DNA from: Nannocystales bacterium
Lineage (GTDB): Bacteria; Myxococcota_A; Polyangia; Nannocystales; Nannocystaceae
Length of the DNA stretch: 64,000 bases
Direction of reading: 5' to 3'
Assembly (NCBI GenBank): GCA_050633305.1
Contig: JBOEGF010000014.1
Coordinates: forward strand, 447,974 to 511,973
Part shown: piece after piece, positions 56,926 to 64,000 of the stretch
Layout: the number at the start of each line of letters is the position of its first letter
How positions within the stretch are numbered: position 1 is the first letter of the stretch
Made by a program: the position numbers and the translations under genes
Notes under the pieces: model-generated
Told to the model about the DNA's origin: nothing
The model's input: only the letters and a program-made list of their open reading frames with translations
Database searches by the model: none

Positions 56926-58482
56926 ATGCGGGTCGAGCTGAGCGTGCACCCCGACCTGCTGCTCGACCCCGCTGGGCTCCTCGATGCGGCGGTCTCCAAG
57001 GCTTCCGTCCGAGGACGGACGGTCGCCGGCCTCGATGTCGTTCGCAAGACGATCGATGCTCGCAAGGGCAGGGTTCGACTCCACGTCGTGGTCGAGCTAC
57101 GGCTCAAGGGAGATGCCGCTGCGGCGTCGACGTTCCTCCCGCCGGACCTGCCAACACTCACCGGCCCGCCCGAGGTGATCATTGTGGGGGCGGGGCCCGC
57201 GGGGATGTTCGCCGCCTGGGAGCTGGCCAAGCGTGGCATTCGCAGCGTGGTGCTGGAGCGGGGGAAGCCGGTCCGCGCTCGGCGGCTCGACCTCGCCGAT
57301 CTGATGCGGCGTGGCGCGCTGAACCCCGAGAGCAACTACTGCTTCGGTGAGGGGGGAGCCGGGACGTTCAGCGACGGCAAGCTCTACACACGCTCGAGCA
57401 AGCGTGGTGCGGTGCGCGGAGTCCTCGAAGCGTTCGTCGGCTACGGCGCGTCCGAGCAGATCATGGTCGATGCCCGACCGCATATCGGGACCAACAAACT
57501 CCCCGGTGTTGTGATGGGGATGCGTGAGCACCTCGAGTCCGCCGGGGTGGAGTTTCGCTTCGACACCGCGGTCGAATCCCTGACGACCCTGGATGGTGCG
57601 GTCACCGGAGTGCGGCTCGTGGGCGGGACGCTGATGACGGCTCCTGCCGTGGTGCTGGCTGTGGGGCACTCGGCTCGCGACGTCTTTCGTTTTGCCGCCG
57701 CAGCTGGGGCCGCCCTCGAAGCCAAGTCGTTCGCGCTCGGTGTTCGTGTCGAGCACCCCCAGGCGTTCATCGACCGTGCACAGTACGGTGACCTTGCAGG
57801 ACACCCCGCCTTGGGCGCGGCACCGTACCGCCTCGTGGAGCGGGTGGGTGATCATGGTGTGTTCTCCTTCTGCATGTGCCCGGGGGGATTCATCGCGCCT
57901 GCCGCAACCGAGGCTCACGGACAAGTCGTGAACGGCTGGAGCCCGTCCTCTCGCACGGGCGCGTTCGCCAACAGTGGCTTCGTGGCCGAGGTCGACGCGA
58001 ACGTCCTCGCGGCACATGGGCTGGATCCCTCCGATCCGTTCGCCGGGATCGAGTTCCAGCGGGACCTGGAGCAGCGCGCGTATGAGGCTGGAGGGGGCGA
58101 CTACGTGGCCCCTGCCGCGCGCCTAGACGACTTCGTCGCCGGCCGAGTGTCGCTCGAGCTTCCCGAGTGCAGCTACCGCCGCGGTGTTCGAGCTGCGGAC
58201 CTGAGTCCAGTGCTCACTGGGTTGGCGGATCCGCTGCGCCAGGCCTTGCGCCAAGTCGACGCGAAGATTCCGGGGTTCGCGGGTCCCCGGGGCCTTGCGG
58301 TCGCGGTTGAGTCCCGCACCAGTTGCCCGGTTCGCACGGTGCGCGATGCACAGTCCCTGGCTTCCCCAACGCTGGCGGGTCTGTACCCGTGCGGAGAGGG
58401 AGCGGGGTTCGCGGGCGGCATCATGAGCGCGGCCCTCGATGGCATCCGTGTCGCCAAGGCGATCGCTCACCGCGACGCATAA
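56926..58482 (+). CDS. FAD/NAD-binding oxidoreductase (COG2509-like)
   Basis: GAGPAG, FGEGGAGTFSDGKL, PHIGTNKL, FCMCPGG, YPCGEGAGFAGGIMSAALDG. Confidence 0.92.
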   Translation: MRVELSVHPDLLLDPAGLLDAAVSKASVRGRTVAGLDVVRKTIDARKGRVRLHVVVELRLKGDAAAASTFLPPDLPTLTGPPEVIIVGAGPAGMFAAWELAKRGIRSVVLERGKPVRARRLDLADLMRRGALNPESNYCFGEGGAGTFSDGKLYTRSSKRGAVRGVLEAFVGYGASEQIMVDARPHIGTNKLPGVVMGMREHLESAGVEFRFDTAVESLTTLDGAVTGVRLVGGTLMTAPAVVLAVGHSARDVFRFAAAAGAALEAKSFALGVRVEHPQAFIDRAQYGDLAGHPALGAAPYRLVERVGDHGVFSFCMCPGGFIAPAATEAHGQVVNGWSPSSRTGAFANSGFVAEVDANVLAAHGLDPSDPFAGIEFQRDLEQRAYEAGGGDYVAPAARLDDFVAGRVSLELPECSYRRGVRAADLSPVLTGLADPLRQALRQVDAKIPGFAGPRGLAVAVESRTSCPVRTVRDAQSLASPTLAGLYPCGEGAGFAGGIMSAALDGIRVAKAIAHRDA

Positions 58483-58614
58483 GAAGACATCTGGGCCTCA
58501 TCTCGCTCTCGCGTCGCTCACCGAGGAGCCCGGTCGCGTACTTGTTGTGACCGCCGCCGCTCATTTTCTTCACGCCGCAGACGCGTAGTCGTGCGAGCGT
58601 GCGGCATGCCCCTT

Positions 58615-59787
58615 ATGCGCCGACTCTCTCCTTGGACTGCATCATTCGTGACCACTGCGCTGCTCTCGTTCGGCTGCGCGGGCGACGATGCGCCGCTCGA
58701 CGGAGAGCCGATTGGCTCCACTGGGGAGACGGACGGCGGGAGCTCCGGCTCCACGAGCGCGGACCCGTCGGCGGGGACGTTTCCAACCAACCCCACGAGC
58801 GACCCCACTTCCGCGGACGAGACTGGAGGATGCGGCGGCTGCTTGGATGATGCGGGCGCGTGCCAGCCCGGAACGGCGGACGATCAATGCGGAGCGCTCG
58901 GGGAAAGCTGTGTTCCGTGTGATGGGGCAACCGTGTGTGACGAGGGAGCCTGCGTCGAGCCGCCCGCGTGCAGTCCTGACAACTGTGACGGGTGTTGCGA
59001 CGGAGACAACTGCGTGGCCGGAGATGCGGACGCGGCATGTGGGGCCGGTGGTGGTCAGTGCAGCGCGTGTCCGGATGGTGCGAGTTGCGACGGCGGAATC
59101 TGCGACCTCCCGTGCGAAGACTCCTGCGAGGGATGCTGCGATGGCGAGAGCTGCGTCGAAGCGGGCGACCAGTCCGACGCGGAGTGCGGTGTCGACGGTG
59201 CGTCCTGCCTGGGGTGTGAGGAGGGTTTTGAATGCAGCGCCGGGGAGTGTGTTTCGACGGCATGCACGGCGACCTGCGACGGGTGCTGCGACGGAGCAAC
59301 CTGCCTCGACGGAGATGCCGCCGACGAGTGTGGGGTCGGGGGGGCAACGTGTCAGAGCTGCGGGACGAATCTGTCGTGTGGCGACACCGGATGCGAGCCC
59401 GATCCGATGGCGCTTTGGGACGTCAGGGTCTTCAACGGCACCGTCGCGCTGACGGACGCCGACGGCGACGCGTGGGATTCGTTCAACGGATTGCCGGACC
59501 CCTACGTCTCGATGGAGGTTGTTGGGAACTCTGGTGAGACGGCTGTCATCATGGACGAGTTGTTCCCCGAGTGGGACGAGGTTGTTCTCGTCGGGGTGAA
59601 CTCGGTCCAACTCGAAGGGGGCCTGACCGTGTCCGTCGTCGACTCCGACATCGGGTTCGACACGACGATCGCCACCTGTGTCGACGACCAGGTGGACTAC
59701 AACGTCGTGATGTACTGGAGCTGTTCTGACGCAGAGGGCTACGAGCTCTTCACCCTCAGCGCGATCATCACTCCGAGCGCCGGCTGA
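58615..59787 (+). CDS. Cys-rich repeat lipoprotein with C-terminal C2-like domain
   Basis: Lipobox SFGC; about 4 repeats C.GCC.G..C..G..D..CG..G..C..C; WDSFNGLPDPYV...ELFPEWDE...VVDSD. Confidence 0.8.
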   Translation: MRRLSPWTASFVTTALLSFGCAGDDAPLDGEPIGSTGETDGGSSGSTSADPSAGTFPTNPTSDPTSADETGGCGGCLDDAGACQPGTADDQCGALGESCVPCDGATVCDEGACVEPPACSPDNCDGCCDGDNCVAGDADAACGAGGGQCSACPDGASCDGGICDLPCEDSCEGCCDGESCVEAGDQSDAECGVDGASCLGCEEGFECSAGECVSTACTATCDGCCDGATCLDGDAADECGVGGATCQSCGTNLSCGDTGCEPDPMALWDVRVFNGTVALTDADGDAWDSFNGLPDPYVSMEVVGNSGETAVIMDELFPEWDEVVLVGVNSVQLEGGLTVSVVDSDIGFDTTIATCVDDQVDYNVVMYWSCSDAEGYELFTLSAIITPSAG

Positions 59788-59789
59788 TC

Positions 59790-61694
59790 TCAGCCCTCGT
59801 AGCCGACCCGGCGCTCGATCGTGGCTTCGACATCGCCGGGCAGGGCTGGGACCAGCCCCTCCTGTGGGGTGGCGGGCTCGGCGAACTCAATCTTCGAGCC
59901 GCCGGCGATTTGCTCGACCACACCCAGTGTGAGTCTCGCGACCTTATCCAGTCCGGTGGGGTCGATGCCGGAGGCTTCGTCTCCCGGCGCGTGATAGTCC
60001 GCGTGCACGCCCGTGAACATGAAGATCACGGGCATGCCGAGCTTGTAGAACGCCGCGTGGTCGCTCCGCGTCGTGACGGATCGGTCGAAGGTGATCGGCA
60101 TGCCGTCCCAACCTGCGGTCTCGAACAACGACATCCACTGCGGGCTGGAGCCGACACCGCCCACCAGCAAGCCTGGGTCGGGTCGTAGACGTCCGACCAT
60201 GTCGATGTTGATCATCGCGACCGGTGTCCCGTCTTTCCATGGCGCCGCGTGAGGGGGACTCGCGGCCAACGCCCGGGAACCCAGCAGGCCCAGTTCCTCT
60301 CCCGCAAAAAGGGCGAACACCACGGTCCGCTCCGGGGGGGTGGGTCTGGAGCCCAGGACGCGGGCAATCTCCAGGACGACCGCGGTTCCGCTGGCGTTGT
60401 CGTCCGCGCCGTTGCAAACGATGTCCTTGGAGACGCCGTCGACGGTCGCTCTGCAGTGCCCGCGCCCGTCCTCGTCGGTGCCGATGTGGTCGTAGTGTGC
60501 TCCGAGGATGACGAACTCGTCGGGCTTGCTGCCGACGATCTGGCCCAACACGTTCGGGGCTTCGACTTCCCGAGTCTGGAGCTCGACGGCGATTGTCGCC
60601 TCGGCCTTCATGTCGCCCGAGACGGGCTCGAGCGTCCGCTCGAGCTGCCCTTGCAGGGACGACAGCTTGCGACCTCGAATCTTGAGGAACTCATCCGCGT
60701 CGCGCCATTTCATCTGGACCACGGGGACGCCACCATCTCGGGCCGGCCGGGTCGTACCGAGGTCCGGTAGCGCATCGGCATCTCGGTCGATGTCGTCCAC
60801 GAAGCTCCGTGGCCCACGGACCGCGATGACGCCCACGGCTCCGGCATCCACCAGCCGAGCGATTTTGTTGCGAAGCCGTCCGGCGGAGAAGGGGAACGAG
60901 GGAGCCGAAGCGTCGGCATTGGGGGTGAACAACACGGACGCGAACGCATCTGTATCCAAGGGGCCCGCGGGGTCGTCCGGGATGGCGGTCAGATGCTCCG
61001 GCAACGCGGCGCCCCCAAGGAACGGCCCGACCAGCGCCGAGAGTTCGTCGCGGGTCTGGCCTTGGAGCTTGGTCAGAGCGGCGGCATCTCCGGCCTCCCG
61101 AAGCGGCTTTGCCTGGTTCTCGAACCGGTCCCCGATCGAGCGGACACGGTTGTACAGCGCGCTGCTGTCGGGGCGCCGCGGAGCATCGAGCAGGACGACG
61201 GCGATCTTCCCAGAGAGGTCAATGCCGGCGAGGTCGTCGTACGTTGCTGCGTCGTTGGCCACGGCGGCATACCCGGCGAAGACCATGGGCGCGGTCACGC
61301 TCGCACTCGCGCTGCCCGGCATCGGTCCAAACGACCCTTGCGTCGCTTGGGCGGTCTTGCCCTTGCGCGCGATGCTGAGCGTGGGAGGTGTGACGAGATC
61401 GGCCCCGATCGCGATGCCGAAACGGTGCCGAAAATCCTCACCGACCGGCTCCACACCTGCTGCTGTGAGTTTTTCGATGACCACGGACGCTGCGCGGTCG
61501 ATGTCTGGGTGCAGGCTGTAGCGGCCGCCCAGCTCATCGGACGCGAGCGCTTCGATCGTGGCCATCATGTGCGACGCGTCAATCGATGTAGGCAGGTTGT
61601 CCGAGGGGGTGTCTCCGGGCCCAGCAGGTGTAGGTCCCGCGGCTCGGCATGCTGCCAGCAGAGACATGGCGAGGATCGAGGGGCCCAGTCGCAT
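59790..61694 (-). CDS. M28 family peptidase with PA domain, lipoprotein
   Basis: LAAC; GAHYDH, NGADDNASG, GEELGLLGS, NIDMVGR, SDH, YHAPGD. Confidence 0.93.
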   Translation of the reverse strand: MRLGPSILAMSLLAACRAAGPTPAGPGDTPSDNLPTSIDASHMMATIEALASDELGGRYSLHPDIDRAASVVIEKLTAAGVEPVGEDFRHRFGIAIGADLVTPPTLSIARKGKTAQATQGSFGPMPGSASASVTAPMVFAGYAAVANDAATYDDLAGIDLSGKIAVVLLDAPRRPDSSALYNRVRSIGDRFENQAKPLREAGDAAALTKLQGQTRDELSALVGPFLGGAALPEHLTAIPDDPAGPLDTDAFASVLFTPNADASAPSFPFSAGRLRNKIARLVDAGAVGVIAVRGPRSFVDDIDRDADALPDLGTTRPARDGGVPVVQMKWRDADEFLKIRGRKLSSLQGQLERTLEPVSGDMKAEATIAVELQTREVEAPNVLGQIVGSKPDEFVILGAHYDHIGTDEDGRGHCRATVDGVSKDIVCNGADDNASGTAVVLEIARVLGSRPTPPERTVVFALFAGEELGLLGSRALAASPPHAAPWKDGTPVAMINIDMVGRLRPDPGLLVGGVGSSPQWMSLFETAGWDGMPITFDRSVTTRSDHAAFYKLGMPVIFMFTGVHADYHAPGDEASGIDPTGLDKVARLTLGVVEQIAGGSKIEFAEPATPQEGLVPALPGDVEATIERRVGYEG

Positions 61695-61808
61695 GGCCGG
61701 AGTACACCCCGTGCGGGAGCCAGCTACAAATCTACGGCTCTCTACGACACTGAGTGTGCTGCCTCACCTCATCGCGGATCCGCACGTCGCGGACTACGGG
61801 TCCATATG

Positions 61809-61838
61809 TTGACGCCTCTCGCTCGGGCAGCGTACCGT
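61809..61838 (+). promoter_or_regulatory. Sigma70-type promoter candidate
   Basis: TTGACG-18 nt-TACCGT about 125 nt upstream of the VWA gene. Confidence 0.45.
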
Positions 61839-61963
61839 CCTCAAGCCGCACGAACGCCTGCTCTTAGGGGGACTAGAGCAGGGTTCCAACTCACCACTGT
61901 GATGCGCCCGGCGCGGTGCATCGAGGGTCTTTCGAGGCCCCTCGTCTCAGAAGAAGGAACGAC

Positions 61964-64000
61964 ATGAATCGACTTGCATTGTTTGGCTCTTGGAAGCGGC
62001 TCGGCGTCCAAGCGGGGCTCCTGGCGGGTTTGGGACTCGCGTTCGTTGGCGGTTCTGAAAAACCGGCACAAGCTGGAGCCGACTGCGTCGGTGACGAAGC
62101 CTGTTCGTTCAAGAAGCCCAACCTGCTCATCGTGCTCGACTACTCGTCGTCCATGAACGACGACTTCCAACCCGGGCAGACCCGGTGGGAAGCTGCGGTC
62201 GAGGCGATCGAGAACGTCATCACCACCGACAACGGATTCTTTGACGAGTCGATGCACCTGGGCCTGATGCGGTTCGGTCACGATCCCGATCCGAAGGCGG
62301 ACGGCACGGTCATCACCGTCGCTGGGCAGACGGATCCTTCCGGAATCATTGACGGTCAGTCGCTGGACGTCGGCTGGTACGACCAGGAGGCCGACCCCAC
62401 CGGGTATTACGAGTGCAACGGCGAGAACATCGTCAGCTTCCTCAACGCTGTCGAGCCGCCGCTGTGCGTGGGGCTCAACTGCGCAGGCATCGGTACGTGG
62501 ACCCAGGGCGCGCTCCAGGCCTCGCGTGACTACATCGCGCAGACCCGCATCGATCACCCCGGCGACGTCGTCGTGGACGACGAGCGGTCGTACTTCGTCA
62601 TGCTCATGACGGACGGCGTGTGGACGACCCAAGTGGGTCAGGCTCCGGTCAACGTCGCCGAGCAGACCGCGTTCGACCCCGTTCCGGTGGGCGGAGACCT
62701 GTTCTCCACGGACGACGTGCCGGTCTACGTGGTCGCCTTCGGCGACGCGATCGGTGAGAGCTTCGGAGACGACCTCGCCAATGCGGGCGGCACGGTGCAG
62801 GCGATCGACGCCGGCGCGGGCGAACTCGTGCCGGCCCTCGAGACAGTCATCGACGACATTGAGGACACGGTCATCATCCCCGAATGCACGGGCGGCTTGC
62901 CACGCATCATGGTGATCCTCGACGCGTCGAGCTCCATGCTCAACACGGGCAACCCGCTCGACCCCGACAACTACGTCTCGGGTGCGATGGGCATGACCGG
63001 TTGGGATCAGGCGCGGGAAGCACTCTCCGGCGGCTCGTCGATCTTCGACGTGCTCGTGCCAGGCGTGAACAACCAGCCGGTGGAGGACCTTGTCCACCTC
63101 GGCCTGCTCACCTTCGGCACCGAAGACGACCAGCAGCTGCTCGTCGACTACGGTCCGTGCATGAAGGACAACTTCGGTTGGGCGCTCGACCCGAACACCA
63201 CCTGTTCTGCAGGCTGTGCTGATCCGTGGGGTGGACCTCCGATTATCTGGACGCAGCAGGGCCCAACCAGTCCCGGGTACCCTGGCTTCGACCAGGACAC
63301 CTACAGCACGATGCCGGACTGCAACAGTGGCATGTTCGACCTCGATGCGTGCACCGGCTCGGCCACCGCGACCCACACGGGTCTCGCACTGGCCAACAAC
63401 AATGCCGAGGCCTACCGCCTGACACCGCCGGACCTCTACCCGGTCGACGCCAACACGCAGTTCTTCAACATCCTGATCACCGACGGTGCCTACAGCCTCA
63501 ACGGCTGGTCCACCGACGAGCAGGTGTCCGCAGAGCTGACCGACATGGTCGCCAACGACAACACGACCACGTTCGTCATCGGCTTCGGCGACGACGAGCA
63601 GCTCGCACCTTTGGAGCTGGGCAACATGGCTTGTTGGGGCTCGGGCGGAACCGGCATCCCCTGTGCGGGCGGCACGATCGACTACTTCACCGCGGGCAAC
63701 CAGGCCGAGCTGGAGGCCGCGTTGGGCGTCATCATCGAGCAGATCAACTTCGATCCGTGCTGCGGATTCAACGACTGCTCGTTCAACCCCGAGCCCACAA
63801 CGGGCGAGCCCGACCCCGAGACCGAGGGCGGCGAGAGCAGCAGTGGTCCCGGAATGACCAGCACCGGTCCTTCGATCACCGGTGGTTCGAGCTCGACCGG
63901 TGCGGGGGAGACCGCCGCCGGCACGAGCACGGGCTCAGCCGACGACAGTTCGGGCGGTACCCCGGGTTCCACCACGAACGACCCGACCACCGACCCGACC
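61964..64000 (+). CDS. Secreted tandem-VWA protein, 3'-truncated by the window (absent from the ORF track)
   Basis: AAGGA RBS; MNRLALF...AQA signal; MIDAS motifs VLDYSSS (62138) and ILDASSS (62921); MTDG and ITDG; ends in a T/S/P linker with no stop. Confidence 0.9.
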   Translation, partial: MNRLALFGSWKRLGVQAGLLAGLGLAFVGGSEKPAQAGADCVGDEACSFKKPNLLIVLDYSSSMNDDFQPGQTRWEAAVEAIENVITTDNGFFDESMHLGLMRFGHDPDPKADGTVITVAGQTDPSGIIDGQSLDVGWYDQEADPTGYYECNGENIVSFLNAVEPPLCVGLNCAGIGTWTQGALQASRDYIAQTRIDHPGDVVVDDERSYFVMLMTDGVWTTQVGQAPVNVAEQTAFDPVPVGGDLFSTDDVPVYVVAFGDAIGESFGDDLANAGGTVQAIDAGAGELVPALETVIDDIEDTVIIPECTGGLPRIMVILDASSSMLNTGNPLDPDNYVSGAMGMTGWDQAREALSGGSSIFDVLVPGVNNQPVEDLVHLGLLTFGTEDDQQLLVDYGPCMKDNFGWALDPNTTCSAGCADPWGGPPIIWTQQGPTSPGYPGFDQDTYSTMPDCNSGMFDLDACTGSATATHTGLALANNNAEAYRLTPPDLYPVDANTQFFNILITDGAYSLNGWSTDEQVSAELTDMVANDNTTTFVIGFGDDEQLAPLELGNMACWGSGGTGIPCAGGTIDYFTAGNQAELEAALGVIIEQINFDPCCGFNDCSFNPEPTTGEPDPETEGGESSSGPGMTSTGPSITGGSSSTGAGETAAGTSTGSADDSSGGTPGSTTNDPTTDPT

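Noticed and set aside
1..64000. CRISPR array, tRNA, rRNA, prophage or defence genes
   Set aside because: No regularly spaced repeats, cloverleafs, rRNA signatures or phage/defence motifs noticed on manual reading; a tRNAscan/Infernal/CRISPR-finder run would be needed to exclude them.

Overview
GC-rich bacterial DNA whose gene content points to a myxobacterium, probably Nannocystaceae-like (inferred from Ser/Thr/Gly-linker lipoproteins, Cys-rich myxobacterial repeats and Ser/Thr kinase/ECF sigma pairs). About 42 plausible CDSs; I recognise no rRNA, tRNA or CRISPR array. In order: the 3' end of a bacteriocin-type type I export operon (ABC, HlyD-like adaptor, EreA/ChaN-like lipoprotein); a DUF3160 protein; an accessory stretch of lipoproteins, hypotheticals and gene remnants with a REC-GGEEF cyclase and a HExxH peptidase; a kinase-TPR gene whose 1-nt frameshift fuses it in frame to the next ECF sigma factor; an orphan IS3 orfA; a minus-strand run of ECF sigma, pseudokinase, TPR, two c-type cytochromes and an SDR, preceded by a mirrored pair of promoter-like motifs; alpha-2-macroglobulin; an 18.7-kb plus-strand run (hybrid sensor kinase, M19-like amidohydrolase, a three-gene HTTM/SdpAB-like cluster related to vitamin-K-dependent carboxylases, FadL-like barrel, COG2907-like flavoprotein, desaturase, FAD oxidoreductase, Cys-rich C2 lipoprotein); an M28 peptidase; and a tandem-VWA secreted protein that is missing from the ORF track and runs off the end. 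The best candidate for an undescribed system is the duplicated HTTM module (one fused copy, one split copy) embedded among lipid-handling genes. All family assignments come from motif recognition by eye, not database searches.
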